A DNA stretch of 64,000 nucleotides from Lama guanicoe (lineage: Eukaryota), in assembly GCA_013239625.1 (NCBI GenBank), contig MU054220.1:4647328-4711327 (forward strand), in the 5' to 3' direction. The stretch's first letter is position 1. Each line of letters begins with the position of its first letter. A model generated the notes under the pieces. The model was not told where the DNA came from. It made no database searches and was given only the letters and a program-made list of their open reading frames with translations. The position numbers and the translations under genes are program-made. Shown here piece by piece: positions 25,108-36,306 of this stretch.

Positions 25108-25414
25108 TCCACTACTGAACCAAACAGTATAGTACATTTCCTTTCCTAATCAACATTTTTCTTTTACTGGAGTTAAAATGGCCTTTTTCGTACATTTGTG
25201 GGAGTTTTCTTTTAAAATATCCTCTCATTCTCTAACAGCTTCCCAATCTAATTTTCTGCACAATCAACCCCATCAATTTGTTCCATTCTTTTTTTCCTTA
25301 GAGATCACCCTCACAGACCACTCTTGCTTTTAGCCTACTCCAGCCTAGAACAGATGTTCTGTGGCAGAGCCACTGATCTAGAACATAATCTTGGGAATTC
25401 CCTTGCACTCTCTC

Positions 25415-26023
25415 TGAGACAGGAAGGGGGCAGGGCACAGCCATTCAAGGAACAGCACAGCAATTAACACCAAAATGGCAAAAGATTCAAACCCAGTAGG
25501 CCTTGTGGCTCAAGACGTGGGAGATTTGACTTCTAGTAGACCTTGAGCTTCATTATACGCCCACTGTAATATATTAGCATGGTGAATAACATGCCCACAG
25601 GTGCCATCACAGTCCCAAGGCTAGCCAGAAAAGGTCAATGAGTGGGAAATGGCCAACTTCCTGAGAATCCCAGCCCCTTCCCCAGGCTAGACTGGCCTTT
25701 ACACTTATTAGCATATGAAGCCACTGAGCCCATAAAAACGTGGCCTCTGTCTCCTCTCCCTCCCTCTTTGAGAGGGCCCACACTCTTGTCTGTGGAGTGT
25801 GTATCTACTTTTACTCTGAGCACACAACCCCAACATCTCGTGGCCTTTCTCTTGCCTTTTGATGTATCTCTGAATAAATCTACCTTTACTCAACTGTGGC
25901 TCGCTCTTGAATTCTTTCCTGCGAGAAGCCAAGGACCCACACTTGGCGGGGCACATCCCAGGGGCTCAACCAAAGCCTGGGACATGCCTCTCCTCACACC
26001 CCACATCTGTTTTTCCTGCATCA
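25415..26023 (+). mobile_element. MER41-like ERV1 solo LTR
   Basis: tgagacagg...cattatacgc...ttattagcatatg...ctgtggagtgtg...aataaatctacctttact...ctcgctcttgaattctttcctgcgagaagccaaggaccc...tttcctgcatca. 4-bp TSD tctc/tctt. Confidence 0.8.
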
Positions 26024-26473
26024 TCTTTAAGATACTGTTCTATTCCCTCATTGTGGAGCACTTCCACCAGTAGCTTCTCAAAAAAAGATGCATAAAGATA
26101 TATTTTGTAAACATTTTGAAAAATAATTTTTGAAGTTTAGAAGTTTTAGACTTACCAAAAAAAAAAAAAAAGATAATACAGATTGTTTCCTATACTCCAA
26201 GCCAGTTTCTCCTGTTACTAACATTCTACATTGTTATGGTAAATTTGTCACAATTAATGACCCAATAATGATGTATTATTATTAACTAAAGTTCGTTTTT
26301 TTTAGCTTTTCTTGTTACTGAATGTCCTTCTGTTCTAGGATGCCATCCAGAATATCATATCAAATTTAGTTATCATCTCTTCATGTGACAGTTCAAGAAG
26401 CAAAAATTTTTAATTATTTATATCTTTAAAAATAAAATCTATATTTTAACCCCACAGGTAATAGTTTAACTAG

Positions 26474-27012
26474 GGTAGAGGAAGAATGTCACCTGCCATC
26501 AGTAAACAAAGGATGTTGTTGGCCATCAAACCATCAGCCACTGCAGCCACCCCCAACTGTGCACCCTGAGGGGATTCAGGATGGAGAAAAACAGGATACT
26601 GGCCCTAGATAGTCAAGGTGCATATCAAAGGAATGAGTTCAAAGAGCCCAGGCTGTTGCACCCTCCCATGCAAAGGAAAGTGCTAAATTCATTCACTCGA
26701 GATGTTGGGTATTCTTTAATTAACAGTAATCTTTTCATGTTCCAACTACCTGGTTTTTGTTGCAGAAAAACTCCTATATATCCTGGCTCCGCCCTTACCT
26801 CTTCAGAACAGTCCGGCAGAGCTCTCTGAGGCTGTCTCCCATGCTTAGGTCCACAGTATGTCCACTAAATAAAGCATACTGCTATACTATGTATAACTGA
26901 ATCACCATGCTGTGCACCAGAAACTCACACAACATTGTAAATCAACTTTATATACTTCAGTTTTTAAAAAATTCTCAATGTTTAGGTTGTGTATTTTTTT
27001 TTTCAGTCAACA
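26474..27012 (+). mobile_element. Artiodactyl ERV1 solo LTR containing an L1 tail (~26881-26970)
   Basis: TSD ctag at 26470-26473 and 27013-27016. TATA (cctatata), AATAAA, terminus ttcagtcaaca. Internal gtataactgaatcacc...acaacattgtaaatcaac is an L1 3' tip. Confidence 0.8.
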
Positions 27013-29381
27013 CTAGGTATAGATTCTAAACAGGAGATGATTTTTAAGAAAAAATTAAAAACTCTCCATTTTCTTCTAGCGCCAGTAATGTTTAAAAACT
27101 TTCGTCATTCTGATTTCAGACAACTTGTATATGACCTGCTCTTTTGTCACTGGGGTATTTAGGATTATTACTTCATCTTTAGGACTCTGTCATGCTAGGA
27201 GAGCTTGGAGTGGATGTGCTTCCTTTCAGTGGTGCTAGGCACTGATGGGCCTTAAAATATATGACCTTCAATTTTGGTAATTTTCTTACATATTAATACT
27301 CTAATAATTTCTTCCCCACATTTTTCTCTAGAATTTCTATTAATCAGAGTTTGTACGTTATATAGTTTCTCTATTAATTTTTTCTTGTTTACTTTCCTGG
27401 AAATGTCTTCAACCTTTATCTTCCAAACTTTCTACTGACTTTGTAAACTTAGGTTGTCAATTTTTAATTTTGAAGCACTCTTCTCTAAGTCTGATTGCTC
27501 TTATCAAGCAGCATCTTGTTCTTACAATAGATCCATTATATCTTCTTATCTCTGAGGACATTAATTAGACTTTGTTTATATATTTACACTTTCTTCTACT
27601 CTTTTACTCTGTTTCCTCTAAGTTCCTTTTGATCGATCTGCCTCATCTTGGAGGCAGTAACATGGTGATTAGTGTGTTTGGGTAGGATGACTATACTGTA
27701 GCCCTCGCTAGAGGGTAATCAATGGGCAAACCAGCTTTTTCATTAGAGAATCCACAAGTCAGTATCTGTATTTTCTCTAGGACCCTTCAGTATCTCTTAA
27801 GCATCTTCCAATTTTCAGTCTTCTGGCTGCTGGGTAGTTGGGCAGCTATTAGTTTGTAGACTTTTCACTCAACCCCTGTTTCTCAGTCTGGTATCTCACC
27901 TCTGCCCTCTTCTGTGCCCAATTTCCCAGAGTCTCAAGCACATCTAGTTCAGTGTCCTTCCCCACCCCTGTCTTTTGAGATACCTGATACTTCCAATTCC
28001 TGTTCCAATTTTCTGGGGTCCAAGGCAAACTTGCCTGCTTCCCAAGGGTGGACCATCTGTGAGCACTCAGGTTTCTGGTCTGTGAAGTCAGTTACCACTC
28101 TTCCAAGTTTATTTGCTGTCACTGAGGATGAGAGATTTCAGAAGTTCCCTAGTTTCATCAAAATGGTGCTTTCTGTTTCTTATTCTCCTAATTATTACAG
28201 AAGATTTCCAAGAGATAAAAAGGCTAGAAATACTGTTACTTGGCTATTTTAGAACTGGAAGTTCCCCAAGGGCCCTCTTAAATATATTATATACTAAAGT
28301 AGACTAACTTTAGTTGAGGCTAAGATATTAAACACATTTCTCAAAAGATTTAGCTTTATGTTCCTAGCAAGAACATTTTTTCCTATCAGCTCCTGCTAGT
28401 AATTATCAAATTTAAATCAAACTTAGTTTTTAGAAACTATTATGTGCATAGCTACAGAGAATACAATGATGTATAAGATCCAGTGGGGCTATCAGGTATT
28501 CCATAAATCACCCATTTCATGGTTAGGACTTTAAATATTAAGCAGAAGTAATAAGACTTTAAATTTTACAAAAATTAAAAATTTAGCCTCTGATCTTTTT
28601 AGAAAGATAAAAATATCACTTTTCCATATTCCAGAACCAAATCTAGCACCGTATAGTTACACATAAGTCAGATACTACCTCACAAGTATTTTTTTTCTGA
28701 GAAAATAGAAAAGCGTAAAAATTTTTTTCATGGGCACAAAGAAATAAAAAAATAAAATTGGAAACCCAGAGCCTCTCTTAGTCATCTCTATAAGCACCAC
28801 TGCACTTCTGTAATAATCGGAGTCATCTACAACGGCCAGGCAATGGGGGATGAGGTATCATTTCCCTAGCAAAGGAAATGACAAATTTCTTTAGTTCTCT
28901 AAGTCAGATGGTAGGTAATGTGTTTGAATAATGTACAAACACGACCAAGTCATCTGTTAAACTTCAGTCATAAAAGTTTTACTTGATGCCAAAAAATTTT
29001 TGTTTCTTTAAGACAGAGAGGGATGGGGACAAGGATTTGTCCTGCTTTCTGCCTTTAAAGATATATTCTTTGCAGTCTTAAAATGTTTTAAAATAATGTA
29101 TAATGACAATTAGTTTTATTATATATGGTTTGGAGAATGGTCTTTACAGAATAAATAGCCAGAGCTCTGATTATGAACATCTAGTGGTAAATACAACAGT
29201 TTATTCAGAGAATGGTGCTAACCTCAGATTGTACTAAGATGCTGTGACCAACACAAGCAAAGCTAGTGGACAACAGGGAGGCTTATTCAGCTAATTCAGG
29301 CAAAAGGGTAAAAAGGGGAAAGAGAAAGTTTTGTGTGTGGTTTTTAAGGAACCTGCTGTACTATCTAAATTTCCTGTGATT

Positions 29382-29517
29382 GGGAGAGGGTATAGCTCAG
29401 TGGTAGAGTGCATGCTCAGCATGCACAAGGTCTGGGGTTCAATCTCCAGTACCTCCATTAAAAAATAAATAAATAAGCTTAATTACCCCCCCAAAATAAA
29501 ACAAATAAATAAAAAAC
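29382..29517 (+). mobile_element. tRNA-derived camelid SINE (vic-1 type)
   Basis: gggagagggtatagctcagtggtagagtgcatgctcagcatgcac...gggttcaatctccagtacctcc. TSD aaatttcctgtgatt / aaatgtcctgtgatt (29367-29381, 29518-29532). Confidence 0.9.
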
Positions 29518-30512
29518 AAATGTCCTGTGATTAAAAATACTTACTTGCAATTGTCACAAAACAATACAAAACCTCCTACCAAATAAACAAAATCTTATCA
29601 ACAACAACAAAAAAGATACATTCTTTGCTTAAAAGCTACATATCTTCCAACCGTAGTAGCAGAGAGAGCAGCTCCTAGTTGGATAGAAAAAAATCCCCTA
29701 ATTATGTTCAATAATTTTTATTTCTATAAAAGAATAGTGTGATTCTCACTATTAAAATGATTCCATATTGTCTGGGTAGTCAGTCAACTCTTCATTAACT
29801 TTGGGAAGCTAATTCAAGCATATCATCTTGAATTAAAAGTCTTTTGGCAGCTGCTTCTGGGGGCATTGAGAAAACACAGGAAAGAGGTTACTATTTTTTA
29901 TTCTTCTTACTGTTGGTATTTTTTAACCATGTGCGTGTATTGCCTTTCCAAAAAAAGAAATCCTTTCCTACTATGAATAGAAAGATAGGGTAAACTGATC
30001 TAGCAGACCTTCACCTATTCCAGTTTCCCAAAAATGAGTGTAGCAATGCTGAAATCAGTGTTTCCTAAGGTCACAATGTTTTCTTAAAACTGATTTTTAA
30101 AAAATAAAGTTTGAAAGAAAATTTAATTACTAGACTACTATTTACTTAATTATTTGATTATTGTAAAGGACCCATTGTTTCAATTAATTTAAATAGAATA
30201 TCAGTGTATCCTAATATATATTATATATTTATTTAGTATATATATAAAATATTAAAATTTTAAAAGTCATCAATGCAGTACCTAAGATCATCTCTTGGCT
30301 GGTCTTCTGGGAAACTATCTAAACACTATCACCCTGATACACCTACCACCTTGTAATGAAAACCAAATGAAACAAAGACCAATTTCCAAATCATCCAAAT
30401 TCAAAGTACTGCTTGTTTTTTGAGGTTTCTTAAAATGAAAAAATTAGCTCTCAAAATCACACTGAAAGAAGATGAAATGTGCAAAAACAACCCTGGGGAC
30501 CCATCCTTCTTA

Positions 30513-31005
30513 TGTTACAGACACACACCGGCCAGAGCCTGCTGTCTCCCTCCATACCCATCCTTTCCTTCCTTCTTGGCAGCAATCGCAGCCTGAAATA
30601 CAGCCTCCCTAGCAGCTAGGTGTGGCCTTGTGATAAAATAAGATGCAAGCAGTGCTGTGAAGGACTTTGAGAAAGGCTGTTTAAAGGAGTGACTCAGCAG
30701 GGAGAGACCCCTTTTTGTCCTTCATCTAACCAATTCAAAAATGATGGCTGTAGCTCCCGCAGCCTTGAACCATAAAGTAACCTTGAGGGTAGAAGCCACA
30801 GGCTAAGATGAAGAAACGTACTATAGAAATCAAGGTCTCAGGTGACTCCATGGAATTTCTATGCCAGTTTTTTCAACCAAACTTTTCCTTTTTTTTTTTT
30901 TCTTTACTGCTTACCACAGAGACTCATACATACACAAAAAGTCTGTCTAGTCTTCTTTAAACCGGGTGGAAAATAAACTTCTCTACTGTTCAGGTCACTA
31001 TTATA
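30513..31005 (+). mobile_element. MLT1J/K-like MaLR LTR
   Basis: cagcctccctagcagctaggtgtggcc...tgatggctgtagctcc...aaataaacttctc. Confidence 0.65.
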
Positions 31006-31059
31006 GACCCAGAAGAGGAAGAGTAAGCTGTCAGTAAATGGTTAAAACAAAATATTTAG

Positions 31060-31572
31060 TATTGATAAAAGAAATTGTCAATGCTGAGGTATGGGGAAGT
31101 CATTCTGGCTTATACTTGAGTTAACTTGAGTTTTATGCTAACTGCACCGCCTGTTTATGGCCTAGTGAACATATATTGTGCACCTCCTTTAATTATTAAA
31201 GAAAAGGGTGCAATGACCAGAAATAAAGAGTGTCCACGTTAAAAATAAAGATTAAACACCTCCCTTCCTGGGATGCCAATGCTGGTACTTCTTTCATGGT
31301 AAGACTCCCTCCCCAGGTGTCAAGGCCATACTGACTCACTGTGTACATGCTGGCCTGGTTTTTTTTGAAACCTTGAAGAAATGTATCCCTGCCTTGTTTA
31401 ATGTTCTTTCTTCTGACAAGATACAGAACTGTGCTGAAAACCATGCTTCTCGGGAGCAGTTTCTCAAGAGTTATCAGAGAGGCTATGTCCCGGGCTACAG
31501 CCCTCAGGTTGGCTCAAATAAAACTCTTTTCTGTTCTTATTGTTGATTGTTTATTGGTTATTTTCATCAATA
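31060..31572 (+). mobile_element. ERV1 solo LTR (MER34/39-like)
   Basis: Inverted termini tattgat...atcaata; ctcgggagcagtttctc...cccgggctacagccctcaggttggctcaaataaaactc; AP-1 TGACTCA at 31332-31338. Confidence 0.7.
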
Positions 31573-31800
31573 GCATTCACACCATTTTAGGACTTACTTG
31601 TTCAAGGTACTTTATTGGTACCATCCAGTTAAGTCTCACAACAGCTCTCACCCCAGTTCTAAGCCATCATCCCAACACACAAGGACATCGGCAACAACCC
31701 TTTCGCTTCCTTCTCACTCAACTCATGCAATGCACAGCTAAGAATGATCTTTCTCCAACACCATTTTTATGATCCCATTCTTTCATCAAGAAGTGACAGT

Positions 31801-31950
31801 GATAGCACAGGGAACTATGTTCAATATCTTATAATAACCTTTAATGAAAAAAATGAAAACAAATCTATGAATGTATATGCATCACTGGGACATTGTGCCA
31901 TACAAAAGAAATTGACACATTGTAACTGATGGTACTTCAATTTTAAAAAA
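31801..31950 (+). mobile_element. Short L1 tail with TSD
   Basis: atagcacagggaactatgttcaatatc... flanked by aagtgacagt at 31791-31800 and 31951-31960. Confidence 0.88.
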
Positions 31951-31979
31951 AAGTGACAGTATTTCCCTATTGCCAATTA

Positions 31980-32590
31980 TATAAAACCTGGAACACAAAC
32001 CTACTCATGTCTCCGCATTACCACCACCTGGGGCTACCAGCATTCCTCTCCTACAAGAATTACTGTAACAGTCTTCTAACTCATGCACCTGCTCACTTTC
32101 TTATTCCTCCCCAATTCACTATCCACACTGCAGCCAAGTGATCATTCCAAAGGGCAAATCAGATATCGTTTTCCTGCTGAAAACCTGTCGATGGGTTCCC
32201 ACTGCCCTTATGCTTTACAAGGTCTTCCCTGAGCTGACCTCACCTCCCATCACTTTCCTCCTACCACTCACTGCCCAGGTCATGCTGAAATGTTTCCAGT
32301 TACTACAAGGTAACATGCTCTCTTTTCACAAATGCTGTTCCCTCTACTCTCAGTTTCACTTCAACCAGCATCTCTCTCCCATCCCTGAGGTCTTGAACAT
32401 CTCCTCTCCCTTAAACTTCCATTGACCTCTAGCTTGCAGGATCTCATAGGTCTCTGGCCCAATAGTACTCTGTACTTGCCCTACATGACATTTATCATAC
32501 AGGTTTCTATAAGGGCCTGGGTCACCACAGTCCAAGTGCTAGCACAGTGCCTGGCAAAAAGCAGATGATGAATGAATGAGTGAATGAATA
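31980..32590 (+). mobile_element. L2 3' fragment
   Basis: ttactgtaacagtcttctaac...ccacactgcagccaag...agcacagtgcctggca...atgaatgaatgagtgaatgaat. Confidence 0.75.
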
Positions 32591-34899
32591 AAAAACTAGC
32601 CTCTTACAACACTCCCCACTACTTTATCCACTCTTTCTAGAAATCATGTCCAATCACCTAGTATATACAACCCCACAGACTCTGCAGCCCACCTCAACAT
32701 CAAGAATCAGTGATCTAAAATTTTAAGAAATATAACAGAGAGAAGATTAACTTAGTTTCTGATGAATCTGTAGATACACACTTTGAAAGGATTCTGAGGC
32801 TGTCCTTAAAAAGAGATGATTTTCAAATGCTAGAGAGAACTACTTCACTCATAATGCGGTGCCAGGGTGGATGTGAAGTGAACAAACCCATAGCAAGATT
32901 AGGGGAAGGGGAGAGGAATCACTTTGGTTTAGCAAAGCACACCAAATTACCAAAGTAGTGTCTGTTCTCTGTTCTTATCATTAAGATCTGCTTCCTCAGT
33001 TAACACTTGGTGTTCTCAGATTCCATTCTGCTATGGAATAAGTGGATAAATTAAGGTAGTATTCAACAACACTCAAAAAAAAGCTACAGGTATCGCCCAC
33101 CCATAACCCAGTAGCCCCAGGTATTACCCACAAATGTTTGGGCTGTGAGAGTACATAGGATGGCCAGGGGCAGAATGAGGTGGAAGGAGAGAAAGGAGGG
33201 GCAAAAGGGGATTTTGAAAGGCTTATGTTTTCATATATAAATATAACACCAGAAACCAAATTCAGAAGCCTTTGAGAAGATGGAAACTGACAACTATAAA
33301 GAATATCCCAACTTGGCACACAGAAGTGTCTAGCTTGTTACAGATTATATAAAACACTGGCAACTGACCAGGGTTCAGCTTCCAGATTTTATACAGTCAA
33401 CAAAAAATACTTCAGTTTGTGTAGGTTAAAAATATTCTACTCTTTTTGTCCTCAACTTGCTAGGAACAGATATTTTTAGTAAGAACCCAATCAACCTCAT
33501 CAAAATCAAACATCAAAAATAGACTAGAGGAACACTGAAAGCAAACAAGCTATTTTTAGCTCTTCTGTCTATTCCCAGCCACAACCCACCAAATTCTGAC
33601 TGCAGAGCCCATGCAGAAGAGCTTAGTTATTCCAGGCAGGTTCCTTCTCATCACCCCCCTTTTTTCTTTCCCTGCCCTGAACACCTGAATGCAGAGATGA
33701 TTGATTAAAGATTAATACTGCCCCAAACCATGACAGCTGCCTTTCCTCTGAGTGCTTTTGGGGGGGTGGGGAGAATAGAAAATGACAGAGCTTGCATCAG
33801 TATTCCTCTCAGGGATCTATTACATGGAAAGAAAATTGCTATTTCAATTCCCTTTTCTTGCTAAAAATAGCAGTCTCAATTGATTCAGGCAAACCGGGAA
33901 CCAGCTTAGCAGGGCTGAATTTAGAAACCACTGAAGTCCCGAAGAGCAAATGCTAACGTAGTCTAACACATGCCAGCTCATATTTAACAAAGAACAAAGA
34001 AGAGAGGCATGCAGCCTGCAAGTTAATAAAACAGCAGCAACTTCCTGCATTTTTATTACAGAGAAGCAGTGAAAGTGATGCAAAATAAGAAAAGACAACT
34101 GGAACTTGTCCTCCCCATCGTATTTTAATAAAAAATAATTTTACAGGAAAAAAAAAATCAGATTATCCATCAACCCTGATATTGTGGGCGTTTCCCACAA
34201 GCTCGTGGTTTGGGGAAATACATGTATCTTTTCAAGTCCAGTATATTACTATGGAAAGAAAAGGCCCAGTTTACAAATATGCTACCCCAATACTACACAG
34301 GCCCCCTCTCCCACTAAGTCCTCCTGGGTTCCCTACTGAACAGCCCTCTCTTACCCTTCCCACCTCTTCTCTTGACCCAACCAAAAACTGCAGCCAGGTA
34401 TAATCTGCCACTTAAAAAATTATCAAACAAAACAAAACAGCAGTCAAAGCACCTCTAGGTTCAGAACAGAGAAAAGAAAGAAATTACACAAAGCAGGATC
34501 TGCTTAAGGCTGCTAATCCCCTGGGCTGACTTCCAGGCAAGGCTGTGTAATACATTCCAGTGGCACTGAAACCCCAAAATATCTTCAGTTTACTTGGTTA
34601 ACTAAAAACTTCACCAGATAACAATTTATTTCAGTTAATGCCACATCTTCTTTAAAAGTACAAACCCTTGTATGAAAATTAAAAGCTATCAATCTTTGTG
34701 CCTTAGGGTGATTCAGTGGATTCAGACTGCTTTGTGGTTTCCTTGGGGAATACCCAAAACGTGAGGGTAATGTGGAAAGGGCCTCATGAGAGTAGGAATT
34801 CTGACCAGGAACAAAGCGGTTACTAGTTCCAGATCACAGGCCTGGGAAGACACCACAGTGCAAAACCTTTAAGTTTTTGCCATTTTAGTACAAAAGGAG

Positions 34900-35200
34900 T
34901 ATGTGAAGTGGTTAAGAATATGGGTGCTAAAATCAGACGAGCAAGGTTCAAGTCTAGGTTCAAAGGCCAATGCCGCCATCTATCAGAAGCTAGTTAACCT
35001 CTATCATCTCAGTTTCTTTACGTGTAAAGTGAAGACAACGCTATCTGTCCCACAGAGTTATTGTAAAGATTCAATAAAACAATGTTAATAATAGCACCCA
35101 CCATTCTGGATTGAGAACTAGAGAACCACGCAACGTATACAATAGACTTAGCAGGGAACTTAGCACATCGTAAATTTTCAATAAATGTTAGCAATAGACA
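34900..35200 (+). mobile_element. MIR SINE
   Basis: gtggttaagaatatggg...ctcagtttctttacgtgtaaagtg...cacagagttattgtaaagatt. Confidence 0.7.
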
Positions 35201-35254
35201 ATGAGTACTAGAAAGTGGAAGGGCTACAGAACAGAAAATTAAGAAGCTACTAAG

Positions 35255-36306
35255 GTTCGCTATGACATCAAAAGTACATGCAACTAAAGAAAAAATAGGC
35301 AAGCTGGACCTCATCAAAACTAAAAATTTTTGTACATCACAGGGCAGTATCAAGAGAATAAAAAGACAAACCAAATAATGGGAGAAAATATTTGCAAATC
35401 ATATATCTAATAAGGGTCCAATATCCAAAACATATAAAGATTTCCTACAGCTCAACAACAAAGAGACAACCTAATATTAAGGCGAGACTTGTATAGATAT
35501 TTATCTAAAGAAGATTACAAATGGCTAGCAAGCACATGAAAAAAACATTCAACATCATTAGGGAAACACAAATTAAAACTGCAATGACAAACTAGTTTGG
35601 CCATAATTTTAAAAAAGGGGGGAAATAATAATTGTTAGTGAGGATATGGAGAAAGTGGAGCCATCATACATTGCTGGTGGGAATGCAAAATGGTATGGCC
35701 ACTGAGGAAAACAGTTTAGTGGCTCCTCAAAGAAATAAACATAATTTACCATATAACCCATTAATTCCACTTCTAGGTATATACTCAAAAGAACTGAAGA
35801 ACTGGCATTCAAACAGAAACTTATATATTAATGTTTGTAGCAGCGCTATTCATAATAGTCAAAAGGTGGAAACAACCCACATGTCCATCAACTGAAGAAT
35901 GGATAAGCAAAATGTGGTCTATCTATAGAAAGGAACATTACTCAGCCATAAAAAGGAATGAATTAGTGACATATTTTGAACGTAAGTGAACCTTATGTAT
36001 AAGCACTATGCTAAGCAAAAGGAGCCAGATACAAAAGGTCACACACTGTATGATTCACTTACTTGAAACATCCAGAATAGGTAAATCCAGAGAAAGAAAG
36101 ATTAGTGGTTGCCAGGAGCTGGGAAAGAGGAATGGAGAGTGACTGCTTGGCTTGATATGGTATTTCCTTCTGAGGTGATAAAAATGTGTTGGAACCAGAT
36201 AGAAGTGATAGTTGCACAACACTGTGAATGTACTAAATCCCACTGAATTGTACACTTTAAAATGGTTAATTTTATGTTATGAGAACTTTACCTCAATTTT
36301 AAAAAA
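35255..36306 (+). mobile_element. L1MB-type ORF2 end plus 3' UTR
   Basis: ctggacctcatcaaaactaaaaatttttg...gggagaaaatatttgcaaatc...aattgtacactttaaaatggttaattttatg. Confidence 0.88.

Larger units (their letters stand above)
25130..28262 (-). mobile_element. HAL1/old L1 5' region, interrupted by younger insertions
   Basis: Pyrimidine-rich L1-like antisense text at 25130-25414, 26024-26130 and 27030-28262. It ends in the reverse of an L1-type 5' start (cttccagttctaaaatagcc). Confidence 0.55.

Noticed and set aside
29174..29190. CTCF-like CCACTAGATGTTCA on minus
   Set aside because: Lacks the conserved GGC of the core; too weak to call.
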